From Methylorubrum extorquens (GTDB lineage: Bacteria > Pseudomonadota > Alphaproteobacteria > Rhizobiales > Beijerinckiaceae), in the NCBI GenBank assembly GCA_900234795.1, contig LT962688.1, positions 5,580,001 to 5,612,000 of the forward strand: a DNA stretch of 32,000 nt, given 5' to 3'. Shown piece by piece: positions 1 through 9,868 of this stretch (position 1 is the stretch's first letter; every line of letters starts with the position of its first letter). The position numbers and the translations under genes were made by a program. The notes below the pieces were generated by a model. That model was not told the origin of the DNA and ran no database searches. It saw only the letters and a program-made list of their open reading frames with translations.

Positions 1-101
1 TCCCGTTCATTCGGCCCGAACGCGCCGTGTGCTTGCCGCGCGCGATCCCGAAGCCACATCTGCGGAGGCGCGTCGGCACCCGGCGGGCAGCCAAGGAGAC
101 G

Positions 102-329
102 ATGGCGATGGACCAGAGCCCGATCGAACTGACGATGCGCGTGGACGGAATGACCTGCGAGGGATGCGCCGAGGCGGTGCGCCGCACGATCCGCCGCCTC
201 GACCCGCAGGCGGACGTCTCGGTCGATGTCGGCCTGGGCCGCGTCTCCGCGACGACCGTCGCGCAAAGTCTCGACGTGGCTCAAGCGCTGGCCCAGGCCG
301 GTTACACCGCCACCGCGATGACCGGTTGA
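102..329 (+). CDS. Heavy-metal-associated (HMA) domain metallochaperone, CopZ-like
   Basis: ORF 27..329 carries the GMTCEGC (MxCxxC) metal-binding motif in a ~70-aa HMA layout. The AAGGAGA Shine-Dalgarno at 93-99 favours ATG 102 (or ATG 108) over the GTG at 27. Confidence 0.8.
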   Translation: MAMDQSPIELTMRVDGMTCEGCAEAVRRTIRRLDPQADVSVDVGLGRVSATTVAQSLDVAQALAQAGYTATAMTG

Positions 330-567
330 AACCATCCGGCCTCGCGCGCCGGCCGGCGGATCACCGGTCCCAAACCACCTGTCCCATGAGAAAACTTAAC
401 GGTCGGGTTAAAAAAAATCCGAGACGCTTTTCGTCGTCGTTTCGCTCACACTGCCACGATCGGTTTATCGTGGCCGTTCCGTTCGCTACCACGGAAGCAT
501 AGGGACGGACCGGGCGACGGCTCGGCACGCCGCGAGCCCGCGTGAACAAGAAACGACGGTGAGAGAA

Positions 568-2241
568 ATGCCCTCAGATATCGAGATCGCCCGCGCGGCG
601 ACCCTGAAGCCGATCGCCCAGGTCGCCGAAAAGCTCGGCATCCCGGACGAGGCGCTTCACAACTACGGCAAGCACATCGCCAAGATCGACCACGACTTCA
701 TCGCCTCGCTCGAGGGTAAGCCCGAGGGCAAGCTGGTGCTCGTCACCGCGATCTCGCCGACGCCTGCGGGCGAGGGCAAGACCACCACCACGGTGGGTCT
801 CGGCGACGCGCTCAACCGCATCGGCAAGCGGGCGGTGATGTGCCTGCGGGAGCCCTCGCTCGGCCCCTGCTTCGGCATGAAGGGCGGCGCGGCCGGCGGC
901 GGCAAGGCGCAGGTCGTGCCGATGGAGCAGATCAACCTGCACTTCACCGGCGATTTCCACGCCATCACCTCGGCGCACTCGCTCGCCGCCGCGCTGATCG
1001 ACAACCACATCTACTGGGCCAACGAGCTTAACATCGACGTGCGCCGCATCCACTGGCGCCGCGTGGTCGACATGAACGACCGGGCGCTGCGCGCGATCAA
1101 CCAGTCGCTCGGCGGCGTCGCCAACGGCTTTCCGCGCGAGGACGGGTTCGACATCACCGTCGCCTCCGAGGTGATGGCGGTGTTCTGCCTCGCCAAGAAT
1201 CTGGCCGACCTCGAAGAGCGGCTCGGCCGCATCGTCATCGCCGAGACCCGCGACCGCAAGCCGGTGACGCTGGCCGACGTGAAGGCGACCGGCGCCATGA
1301 CCGTTCTCCTGAAGGACGCGCTTCAGCCGAACCTCGTGCAGACGCTGGAGGGCAACCCGGCCCTGATCCATGGCGGTCCGTTCGCCAACATCGCCCATGG
1401 CTGCAACTCGGTGATCGCCACCCGCACCGGCCTGCGGCTGGCCGACTACACCGTCACCGAGGCCGGCTTCGGCGCCGATCTCGGCGCGGAGAAGTTCATC
1501 GACATCAAGTGCCGCCAGACCGGCCTCAAGCCCTCGGCGGTGGTGATCGTCGCCACGATCCGCGCCCTCAAGATGCATGGCGGCGTCAACAAGAAGGATC
1601 TCCAGGCTGAGAACCTCGCCGCGCTGGAGAAGGGCTTCGCCAACCTCGAGCGCCACGTGAACAACGTCCGCAGCTTCGGCCTGCCGGTGGTGGTGGGCGT
1701 GAACCACTTCTTCCAGGACACCGACGCCGAGCATGCCCGGTTGAAGGAGCTCTGCCGCGACCGGCTCCAGGTCGAGGCGATCACCTGCAAGCACTGGGCG
1801 GAGGGCGGCGCGGGCGCCGAGGCGCTGGCGCAGGCCGTGGTGAAGCTCGCCGAGGGCGAGCAGAAGCCGCTGACCTTCGCCTACGAGACCGAGACGAAGA
1901 TCACCGACAAGATCAAGGCGATCGCGACCAAGCTCTACGGTGCGGCCGACATCCAGATCGAGTCGAAGGCCGCCACCAAACTCGCCGGCTTCGAGAAGGA
2001 CGGCTACGGCAAATTGCCGGTCTGCATGGCCAAGACGCAGTACTCGTTCTCGACCGACCCGACCCTGATGGGCGCGCCCTCGGGCCACCTCGTCTCGGTG
2101 CGCGACGTGCGCCTCTCGGCGGGCGCCGGCTTCGTCGTGGTGATCTGCGGTGAGATCATGACCATGCCGGGCCTGCCCAAGGTGCCGGCGGCGGACAGCA
2201 TCCGCCTCGACGCCAACGGTCAGATCGACGGGCTGTTCTAG
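568..2241 (+). CDS. ftfL: Formate--tetrahydrofolate ligase
   Basis: ORF 559..2241. The translation from [16 protein letters not shown] has the P-loop-like [15 protein letters not shown] and the FTHFS signature regions, and matches the Methylobacterium extorquens FtfL sequence as I remember it. ATG 568 is preferred over GTG 559. Confidence 0.97.
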   Translation: MPSDIEIARAATLKPIAQVAEKLGIPDEALHNYGKHIAKIDHDFIASLEGKPEGKLVLVTAISPTPAGEGKTTTTVGLGDALNRIGKRAVMCLREPSLGPCFGMKGGAAGGGKAQVVPMEQINLHFTGDFHAITSAHSLAAALIDNHIYWANELNIDVRRIHWRRVVDMNDRALRAINQSLGGVANGFPREDGFDITVASEVMAVFCLAKNLADLEERLGRIVIAETRDRKPVTLADVKATGAMTVLLKDALQPNLVQTLEGNPALIHGGPFANIAHGCNSVIATRTGLRLADYTVTEAGFGADLGAEKFIDIKCRQTGLKPSAVVIVATIRALKMHGGVNKKDLQAENLAALEKGFANLERHVNNVRSFGLPVVVGVNHFFQDTDAEHARLKELCRDRLQVEAITCKHWAEGGAGAEALAQAVVKLAEGEQKPLTFAYETETKITDKIKAIATKLYGAADIQIESKAATKLAGFEKDGYGKLPVCMAKTQYSFSTDPTLMGAPSGHLVSVRDVRLSAGAGFVVVICGEIMTMPGLPKVPAADSIRLDANGQIDGLF

Positions 2242-2359
2242 CTGCCGCTCTCAGCCCTCCCCCCCCCCCGCCCAAGTCGAGCTTGCCCGACTTGGGCGGA
2301 TCGTTGCGGATCTCGGGCAAGGCCGAGGTCCGTCGGGGGAGGGCTCTTTGCCCTCTGCG

Positions 2360-4465
2360 CTACGCCGCCAGACCGCGCTTCTTCAGCAGCGGCTCGATGC
2401 TCGGCAGCCGGCCCCGGAACGCCGTATAGGCTTCGCGCGCATCGCGCAGGTTGCCCGCCCCGTAGATCATGCGGCGCAGCCGCTGCGCCGTCTCCGGATG
2501 GAAGATGTCGCCCGTCTCGCGGAAGGCGTCGAAGGCGTCGGCATCGAGCACCTCCGACCAGAGATAGCTGTAATAGCCGGCAGCATAGCCGTCGCCGGAG
2601 AAGATATGCGCGAAGTGCGGCGCCCGGTGCCGCGCCGCGATCTCCGCCGGCATGGCGATGCGGCGCAGGGCATCCGCCTCGAACGCGACGACGTCGAGCC
2701 CGTCCTCTCCGGCCGCGGAGAGATGCATGCAGCGTCATGTCGACGATGGCCGAGGCTGCATATTCGATCGTCGCGAAACCCTGGTTGAAGTTGGCCGCCG
2801 CGAGCAGGCGTTCGAGCAGCGCGTCGGGCATCGGCTCGCCGGTGGTCACATGGCGGGCATGGGCGCGCAGCACCTCCGGCTGCTGCAGCCAGTGCTCGTA
2901 GAGCTGCGAGGGCAGTTCGACGAAGTCGCGCGAGACCGCGGTGCCGGACAGCAGCGGATAGGTGACGTCGGAGAGAAGCCCGTGCAGGGCATGGCCGAAT
3001 TCGTGGAATAGCGTGCGGGCGTCGTCGAAAGAGAGCAGCGTCGGCTCGCCCCGCGGGGCGCGGGCGAAGTTCATCACGTTGACGATGATCGGCCGGATGT
3101 CGCCGTTCAGCCGTTCCTGCGAACGGAAGGCGCTCATCCAGGCGCCCGAGCGCTTCGAGGGGCGGGCGAAGTAGTCGCCGAGGAACAGGCCGACCTCGGA
3201 GCCGTCGGCGTCGCGCACGAGCCAAGTGCGCACGTCCGGGTGATAGCGCGGCACGTCGCGCAATTCCTCGAAGGCGAGCCCGAACAGCTTCGACGCGGTG
3301 TCGAAGGCCGCCCGGATCATGCCTTCCAGCGGCAGGTACGGCTTGATCTCGGACTCGTCGAGGTCGTGCTCGGCCCGCCGCAGCTTTTCTGAGTAGTGCC
3401 GCCAGTCATGCGCTTCGAGAGCGAAGTCGTGCCCCCTCCGCCCGAACCAGGGCCTGGAGCCCTTCGCGTTCCGTTGCCGCGCGCTGGAGCGCCGGCTTCC
3501 AGACGTTGCGCAGCAGCTCCATCGCCGCGTCGGGGGAGCCCGCCATGGTGTCGTCGAGCTTGAGATGGGCGAAGCTGTCGAAGCCGAGCAGCCGGGCTCG
3601 CTCGGCGCGCAGGCGCACGATCTCGGCGATGATGGCGCGGTTGTCGGTCTCGCCGCCATTCTCGCCGCGGCGGGTCCAGGCCGCGTAGGCCAGCGCCCGC
3701 AGATCGCGGCGGGTGGAGAAGACGAGGAAGGGCTCGATCAGCGAGCGCGAGAGGGTGATGACGTGGCTCTGCCCGCCGCCCCCGCTCCTTGGCCGCCTCC
3801 GCGGCGGCATCACGCAGGAAGGGCGGTAGGCCGGCGAGATCCGCCTCGCCGTTCAGCGGCAGGACGAAGTCGCGCTCGTCGGCGAGCACGTTTTGAGAGA
3901 ACTGAGTCCCGAGTTCGGCCAGCCGGACCGCGATCTCGGCGATGCGGGTCTTGGCCTCCGGGGCAAGGCCAGCGCCGGCCCGGCGGAAGCGGCTGCGGTA
4001 GCGGTCGAGCACGCGGCGCTCCTCCGCGCCCAACTCTTCCGCATCGGCATCGATGGCCGAGAGCCGGGCCCAGAGCTCTGGATTCAGGGTGATGGCGCTC
4101 GAATGCCGCGCGAGCTGCGGCGCGACTGCCCGCTCGATCGCCTGAAGCTCGGGGCTGGTGATGCTGCCGGTCAGGTTGAAGAACACGTTGGCCACGCGGT
4201 CGAGCGCGGCGCCCGCGCGCTCCATCGCCGCGACCGTGTTGGCGAAGCTCGGCGCCGCCTCGTTCCCGGCAATTGCCGCGATCTCGGCTTCGTGCCCCTT
4301 CAGGGCGTGCGCGAAGGCCGGAACGTAATGCTCGAGCCGGATCGCCTCGAAATCCGGCAGACCGAACGGCGTCGCCCAGTCCGACACGTCGAACGGGTTG
4401 GCTTGCACGCCGCCACGGCCGGGCTCCGTACCCTCGGGGAGGTCGCGTGCGGTGTCGGCGGTCAT
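2360..4465 (-). pseudogene. dcp: M3-family peptidyl-dipeptidase Dcp, split over four reading frames as sequenced
   Basis: The N-terminus (MTADTARDLPEG..., ATG at 4465) lies in the frame of ORF 3317..6067. The next ~115 aa are in ORF 3406..3813. The catalytic core with zinc motif HEFGH is in ORF 2238..3659. The C-terminal 121 aa are in ORF 2360..2728. The junctions fall at C5 3779-3783, C5 3432-3436 and ATGCATGC 2723-2730. Confidence 0.85.
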
Positions 4466-4663
4466 GGGCAAAACCTTCGGGGCGCGTCGGACAGTGAAGC
4501 GTCGAGCATAGGTTTGTGGGCCGAGCCGCGCAAAGCGACAGCTGCCCGCGCCCGGTTCTTTCACGTTTTCGCCGGCCGTGTCCGCCGCGTCCTTGCCGGG
4601 AACGGCCGCGCGGCGGATGAGGGGGGCGACGGTGCGCGGCCGGGCGAGCGGGACACACACGGC

Positions 4664-5578
4664 ATGAAGCCTTCCACCCTCGCTTCCCTTCTCGCGTGCC
4701 TCCTCGCTGCCGGGCTCGCCCTTCCGGACCCGGCATGGTCCGATCCGGCCAAGCCGCCGCCCGCCACGGTGCCGCTGCCGCCGCCTCAGCCGCCGGCGCG
4801 CCCGGACGACCTCGTGCCGCCCGCCCCGCAGGTGACGCCGCTGCCGCCCGAGCGTCCGTCGGAACTGGCCACCGGCCCCGACAAGGGCGCCGTGGCCAAG
4901 CCTGACGAGCCGCCTAAGGAAACGAAGAACCCGAACGACACCAAGGACGCGCCCGCCGCCCTGCCGGAGGCACCGCTGCCACCCGCTCGGCCGCCGGAGC
5001 TGTCGGGCGAGTCGGCGCTCGCCCTCAAGGTCTCGGCGCCCGACGATACCGCCTGCCTGCGCCGGCTGGAGCGGCTCGGCGCGCGCTTCGAGGCGGCGTC
5101 GCCGCTCGGCAACGGCCAATGCAGCGCGCCGCATCCTCTCACCGTCACCGCGCTTGCCGACGGCGTCACGCTGGAGCCGGCGGCTACCCTGAACTGCCGG
5201 GCTGCGGAGGCGCTGGCCCGCTGGACGACGGAGGTTCAGGTCGCGGCGCAAAAGGAGTTCGGCGAGAGCCTGAAGAGCCTCGCGCTCGGCGGCACCTATG
5301 TCTGCCGCGGGCAGAACCACGACACCGACGCCAAACTCAGCGAGCACAGCTTCGCCAACGCCGTCGACGTGATGGCCTACGGCTTCACCAAGCGCGCGAG
5401 CCTCAAGGTGACGGCGGCGCCGGACGGCACGCCGGAGGCGGCTTTCCTGGCCTCGGCGCGCACGGGCGCCTGCACCTTCTTCCGCACGGTGCTGGGGCCG
5501 GGCAGCGACGCCGCGCACGGCAACCACCTGCATCTCGACATGCGCGAGCGTAATGCCGGGCACCGCCTCTGCCAGTAG
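4664..5578 (+). CDS. Extensin-like C-terminal domain protein (secreted, proline-rich N-terminal half)
   Basis: In-frame ATG 4664 within ORF 3893..5578 gives the signal peptide MKPSTLASLLACLLAAGLALP. A Pro-rich spacer follows, then a Cys-containing C-terminal domain ending HGNHLHLDMRERNAGHRLCQ, typical of the extensin-like C-terminus family. Confidence 0.8.
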   Translation: MKPSTLASLLACLLAAGLALPDPAWSDPAKPPPATVPLPPPQPPARPDDLVPPAPQVTPLPPERPSELATGPDKGAVAKPDEPPKETKNPNDTKDAPAALPEAPLPPARPPELSGESALALKVSAPDDTACLRRLERLGARFEAASPLGNGQCSAPHPLTVTALADGVTLEPAATLNCRAAEALARWTTEVQVAAQKEFGESLKSLALGGTYVCRGQNHDTDAKLSEHSFANAVDVMAYGFTKRASLKVTAAPDGTPEAAFLASARTGACTFFRTVLGPGSDAAHGNHLHLDMRERNAGHRLCQ

Positions 5579-5684
5579 GCGGCTTTCCGGGACCGGACGC
5601 TTGACGAAGCGCCATTCGCCGCGGGAACGGTAGCGCTTGGCCAAAGCTTCCTCTTCGTCGTGAGTCGAGGAGCGCGAGCGGGCT

Positions 5685-6794
5685 ATGGAACGGGCGTGGA
5701 TGCGAGGAGCGCTGGCGGCGCTCAGTGTATGGTCGGCAGCCGCGCAGGCCGCCGAGTCCGGGGCGCCCGACTTGACCCGCGAGGCCATCGAGAACGCGGC
5801 GTTCCGAGAGTCGCCGGAAGAGACCAAGCCCGACAAGGCGTCCAAGCCGGGGAAGAAATCCAAAAAGGAAGCTGAGGCGAGGAAAGAAGCCGAAGCGAAG
5901 AAGGACGCGGAGAAGAAGCCCGACCCTCTGCTGGTGAAGGTGCAGGTGCTGCTCGATCGGGCCCGCTTCTCCCCCGGCGCCATCGATGGGCGCGACGGCG
6001 AGAATCTGCGCGGCGCGCTCAAAGCCTTCGCCGCGGCGCAAGGGCTGCCCGAGGGCGACCGCCTCACCCGCGAGATCTTCGACCGGCTTCAGGCCACCGG
6101 CAAGGAACCGGTCGTGACGCAGTACACGATCACGGAGGAGGACGTGAAAGGCCCCTTCGTCGAGAAGATGCCGGCCAAGATGGAGGAGCAGGCCGAGGTC
6201 GGGCCGATGCGCTACACCAACGCCCGCGAGATGCTGGCCGAGCGCTTCCACATGCAGCGCGACCTGTTCTCCGCCCTCAACCCGAACGTGCCCCTCGACA
6301 AGGCCGGCGGCACGCTGGTCGTCGCGGCCGTGCCGCCGCTCGGCGAGGGCAAGGTCGAGGGCGCGCCGGTCGCCCCCAAAGTCACCCGCATCGAGGTCGA
6401 CAAGCGCACGAAGCGGGTGCGCGCCTTCGCGGAGGACGGCAAGCTGACGGCGGATTACCCCGCCTCGATCGGCAGTTCGGAGAAGCCGGCGCCGGACGGG
6501 TCGGCGAAGGTGAAGGCGGTCGCCTTCGATCCCTGGTACACCTACAACCCGAAGTACCAGTTCAAGGGTGTGAAGGCGACGAAGAAGTTCTCGATCCATC
6601 CGGGGCCGAACAGCCCGGTCGGCGTCGTCTGGATCGACCTGTCGATTCCCTCCTACGGCATTCACGGCACACCGGAGCCGGAGAAGGTCGGCAAGACCGA
6701 GTCGCACGGCTGCATCCGCCTCACGAACTGGGACGCGCGCGACCTGGCGAGTCATACGAAGAAGGGCGCGAAGGTCGAGTTCCTGGACAAGTAG
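5685..6794 (+). CDS. L,D-transpeptidase (YkuD domain) with PG-binding domain and Lys/Glu-rich linker
   Basis: ORF 5685..6794 has a signal peptide and a KKEAEARKEAEAKKDAEKK low-complexity stretch. It also has a PG_binding_1-like segment (LLDRARFSPGAIDG...) and the catalytic GIHGT...SHGCIRL motif. Confidence 0.9.
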   Translation: MERAWMRGALAALSVWSAAAQAAESGAPDLTREAIENAAFRESPEETKPDKASKPGKKSKKEAEARKEAEAKKDAEKKPDPLLVKVQVLLDRARFSPGAIDGRDGENLRGALKAFAAAQGLPEGDRLTREIFDRLQATGKEPVVTQYTITEEDVKGPFVEKMPAKMEEQAEVGPMRYTNAREMLAERFHMQRDLFSALNPNVPLDKAGGTLVVAAVPPLGEGKVEGAPVAPKVTRIEVDKRTKRVRAFAEDGKLTADYPASIGSSEKPAPDGSAKVKAVAFDPWYTYNPKYQFKGVKATKKFSIHPGPNSPVGVVWIDLSIPSYGIHGTPEPEKVGKTESHGCIRLTNWDARDLASHTKKGAKVEFLDK

Positions 6795-6800
6795 CCTCGA

Positions 6801-7529
6801 TCAGCCGGCCGTCCGTCCCTCGGGCGGACGTAGTCTGGCGCCGATCGCGAGCAACAGCGCATCGCCGAGGAAGGCGAGCGCCGCGGTCGCGAGCGCGCCC
6901 TGGAGCATCGCCGCGATGTTCTGGTTCTGGAGCCCGGCGACGATCGGCGTGCCCAGCGTCGTGGCTCCTGCAAGCGCGCCGACGGCGGTGACGGAGACGG
7001 CGAGGATCAGGGCGGTGCGCAAGGTATCCACGAGGCCCGCAGCGGCGAGCGGCAATTCGATGTGCATGAGGATCTGCGCCGGCGTCAGGCCGATGGCTAG
7101 CGCTGATTCGCGGGCCTCCGCGGTCACGGCGTCGAGCGCGCCGACCGTGCCGCGCAGGGTCGGCATGATGCCGTAGGCGGTCAGCGCCAGTAGGGTCGGC
7201 GGCCCGCCGAAGCCGAGCACCGGCAGGGCCAGGGCCACGACGACCACCGGTGGAACCGCCTGGGCGAAGGCGGCAAGCGTGTCAATGCTGGTCCGAAACC
7301 CCGCGAAGCGCGCCCGCGTGGCGATCAGGCCGAGCCCGATTCCGAGTGCGGCGACCAGGGTGAGCCCGGTCGCGGCCAGGGTGAGGTGGTTCAGCGCCAG
7401 TTCCGCGATGTGGCCGACGGTCAGGGGTCGGCCGCTTGCGCCGATCAGGCCGGCAAAGGCCGGATGGCTCCCGGCGGCCAGCGCTAAGCCGAGTGCGAGC
7501 GGTCCGAGGGCCTCAGAGACGCGATTCAT
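6801..7529 (-). CDS. ABC transporter permease, osmoprotectant (YehW/OpuBB-like) type
   Basis: ORF 6801..7538 is polytopic and membrane-like, with a BPD-transporter-type core. ATG 7529 overlaps the upstream TGA (ATGA), so it is preferred over GTG 7538. Confidence 0.85.
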   Translation of the reverse strand: MNRVSEALGPLALGLALAAGSHPAFAGLIGASGRPLTVGHIAELALNHLTLAATGLTLVAALGIGLGLIATRARFAGFRTSIDTLAAFAQAVPPVVVVALALPVLGFGGPPTLLALTAYGIMPTLRGTVGALDAVTAEARESALAIGLTPAQILMHIELPLAAAGLVDTLRTALILAVSVTAVGALAGATTLGTPIVAGLQNQNIAAMLQGALATAALAFLGDALLLAIGARLRPPEGRTAG

Positions 7530-8668
7530 CGCGGCCACCGTCGGCGCAACGCCGCCTCAAGCCTGCCTAGCGCCCCCTCGGCGGCGAGCGAGAGCGCGAT
7601 GATCGGCAGGGCGCCGAGCAGGATTAGGTCCGGCGCGAACTGCGCCATCCCGTCGAAGACGAGGGTACCGAGCCCGCCCGCCCCGACCAGGGCGCCAAGG
7701 GTCGCGAGACCGAGCGCCTGGACCGTGGCGACCCGCAGGCCGCCGATGACGGCCGGGGCACCGAGCGGCAGGCGTAGGGTCGTCAGGATCTGGCCCGATG
7801 TGAGCCCGAGGGCCCGCGCGGCGGCGACGTTGTCGGGACCGGTGGCGCGGCGTGCCGCTTGAAGGCCGCGCCAGAGCGGCAGGAGCAGATAGGCCGCGAC
7901 GCCGATCAGGGCCGGCCCGATGCCGAGCGCCGAGATCCCGTAGCCGCGCAGTGCCGGGGCCGCCGTCAGCAGCGCCGAGAGACCGGCGACGAGGCTGCCG
8001 AGCAGGGCGACCGCCGGCACGACCTGCAAGCCGCTGACCGTGAGGTCGACCGCCCCGCGCCCCCGACGCCACAGTGCGAGCCCACCCGCGACGCCGGCGG
8101 CCAGCACCAGGGCCCCGAGGGCGAGGACGAGATGATCGCGGATCGCGCCGCCGAGGGCATCGGACCGGGCGCGCCCCTCGACGACGAGCGAGAGCGCATC
8201 GAGGCGGCCGGCGCGCCACAGGCCCCCGATCAGCGCCAGGACGGCGGCCGCCGCGATGAGGCCGCCGCTGGGCAAGCGGGCACGCCGCGCGGCGAAGGCC
8301 AGGGCGCAGGCCAGCACGACCATGCCGGTCCAGGCGCCGGAGGCGAGGCGCGCCCGCGTCGCGAACGGCTGGCCGGCGGTCAGGTCCGTGGCACCGGCGC
8401 CGAGCCCTGCCAGCAGGAGAGCCAGGGCTCCGAGGCAGGCGAGCCCGGCGAAACCGGCAGCCATCCGTCCCCGGCCCGCCGCGAGCAGGCCGAGTCCCCC
8501 GGCGGCCAGGGCGGCGATGGGCCAGAGCCTGGTGCCGAGTGCGTCCGAGGCGGCGATGGGTGCGCCCGTCACCAGCCGGTTCGGTGCGAGGTGCAGCAGG
8601 GGCAGCCCAGCGAACACCGCCGGGAGCAGAGCCGCCGCGGCGAGGCCGGCGAGGAGGCGTGCCGTCAC
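7526..8668 (-). CDS. ABC transporter permease with long N-terminal membrane extension (YehY-like)
   Basis: ORF 7526..8668 (380 aa) has a C-terminal permease core (ARALGLTSGQILTTLRLPLGAP...) preceded by ~170 hydrophobic residues, as in E. coli YehY. Its GTG start overlaps the binding-protein stop (GTGA). Confidence 0.85.
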   Translation of the reverse strand: MTARLLAGLAAAALLPAVFAGLPLLHLAPNRLVTGAPIAASDALGTRLWPIAALAAGGLGLLAAGRGRMAAGFAGLACLGALALLLAGLGAGATDLTAGQPFATRARLASGAWTGMVVLACALAFAARRARLPSGGLIAAAAVLALIGGLWRAGRLDALSLVVEGRARSDALGGAIRDHLVLALGALVLAAGVAGGLALWRRGRGAVDLTVSGLQVVPAVALLGSLVAGLSALLTAAPALRGYGISALGIGPALIGVAAYLLLPLWRGLQAARRATGPDNVAAARALGLTSGQILTTLRLPLGAPAVIGGLRVATVQALGLATLGALVGAGGLGTLVFDGMAQFAPDLILLGALPIIALSLAAEGALGRLEAALRRRWPR

Positions 8669-9576
8669 GGGCGGCTTGCTGCTTCAGCCAGCCATGCCTT
8701 GGCCACCGCCTCGGCAGTGCGCCCCTCCACGGTGATGGCCGCGTTGAGCCGCCGCAGCGTGTCGGCGTCGAGGCGCGCGAAGATCGGGTCGAGGGCCTCG
8801 CGGATCCGCGGGTGGCGTTCCAGCGTCGCGGCGCGGATCACGGGGGCGGGTTCGTAGACGATCTGCGCCCCCTTGGGATCGCTCATCACAGCGAGGTCGA
8901 GGGCGGCCAGCGCCCCATCGGTGCCGTAGACCATACCGGCATTGATTCCGCCGATGCCTTCCGCCGCAGCACGGGCGGTCACCGCCGTGTCGCCGCCGGG
9001 CAGGCTGACGATGCGCGAGAGCGGCAGGGAGAAACCGTAGGCGGATTCGAAGGAGGGCAGGGCGGCGGGGCTCTCCACGAACTCCGTCGAGGCGGCGAGG
9101 CGGATCACGCCATCCCGCACGGCGCCGGCGAAATCCGCCATGGTGGCGAGCCCCCGCTCACGGGCGAAACGGCCCTGAACCGCGATCAGCCACGTGTTGT
9201 TGGCCGGTGCCCGACCGAGCCAGACCAGACCATGCGCGGCGTCGAGCCGCAGGGCGAGGCCGTAGGCACCGGCACTGTTCTTCCAGGCAGGATCGGTCTC
9301 GGTACCGGAGAAGAAGGCGACGTTGCCGGTATATTCGGGATACAGGTCGATCTCGCCGGCGAGCAGGGCCGAGCGGACGATCAGGGTCGGCCCGAGGCCG
9401 AGGCGGCGCTCCACGCGCAAGCCAAGATCCTCAAGGACGAGAGAAATCAGGTTTCCGAGCAGTGCGCCTTCGGTATCGCTCTTCGAGCCGATCACGATCG
9501 GACGCCCCGGTTCGGCACGGGCACGGATCGGAAGCATGGCGGTGGCCGCCGCGGCGAGGAGGCCCCGCCGACTCAT
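8665..9576 (-). CDS. ABC transporter substrate-binding protein, glycine betaine/osmoprotectant (OsmF/OpuBC-like) family
   Basis: ORF 8665..9669. The internal ATG 9576 gives MSRRGLLAAAATAMLPIRARA (a Tat/Sec-like signal), followed by IVIGSKSDTEGALLGNL...DLYPEYTGN, typical of OpuAC-domain binding proteins. Confidence 0.85.
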   Translation of the reverse strand: MSRRGLLAAAATAMLPIRARAEPGRPIVIGSKSDTEGALLGNLISLVLEDLGLRVERRLGLGPTLIVRSALLAGEIDLYPEYTGNVAFFSGTETDPAWKNSAGAYGLALRLDAAHGLVWLGRAPANNTWLIAVQGRFARERGLATMADFAGAVRDGVIRLAASTEFVESPAALPSFESAYGFSLPLSRIVSLPGGDTAVTARAAAEGIGGINAGMVYGTDGALAALDLAVMSDPKGAQIVYEPAPVIRAATLERHPRIREALDPIFARLDADTLRRLNAAITVEGRTAEAVAKAWLAEAASRP

Positions 9577-9868
9577 GGTTGAGCAGGCCTCGCCTCGTGC
9601 CAGGGCTGTCGCCCGGTTGCGACAATGAGCGTGAAATGTTTTGCAGAATAACATTGGGCCGATCAGCATAGCATGGGCGGGGCTTTGCGGCGCTTGACAC
9701 GCCCAGCTTTACGGGCGACGGCTCGCGGTGTCGGGCAGCGTTTTCCGGGTCGCTCATCCGCTCTCGAAGCGTATCGGAGGGGTCTCCTCCGGAACAATCC
9801 AGGCGCGACTGACAGACTCGAGACGGCGTTCCGGATCGGGAACGAATCGATAGGGAAGACGACCCGGC

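Noticed and set aside
330-567. Possible ZTP (pfl) or THF riboswitch in the 230-nt structured leader of ftfL. It has hairpins at 454-473, 477-496 and 511-540, and an A8 tract at 410-417.
   Set aside because: Such riboswitches do control formyl-THF genes in other bacteria. However, I could not find the conserved ACUGGCG ... CCGCCUGGGC pseudoknot elements; only a loose CCGGGC resemblance is present. Hairpins are expected by chance at this GC content. An Infernal scan with RF01750/RF01831 would settle it.
574-2088. 504-aa ORF antisense to ftfL. Similar long antisense or out-of-frame ORFs occur at 27757..29580 (+), 29617..31110 (+), 21622..23115 (+), 7859..8857 (+) and 10637..11644 (+), and in the upstream part of 3317..6067 (-).
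   Set aside because: These are Arg/Ala/Gly/Pro-rich, low-information translations lying exactly opposite or out of frame with genes that have strong family signatures. This is the usual stop-codon-poor artefact of very GC-rich DNA.
5850-5925. Apparent repeat in the L,D-transpeptidase gene (KKEAEARKEAEAKKDAEKK).
   Set aside because: This is a low-complexity charged linker at the protein level. The DNA is not a clean tandem repeat.
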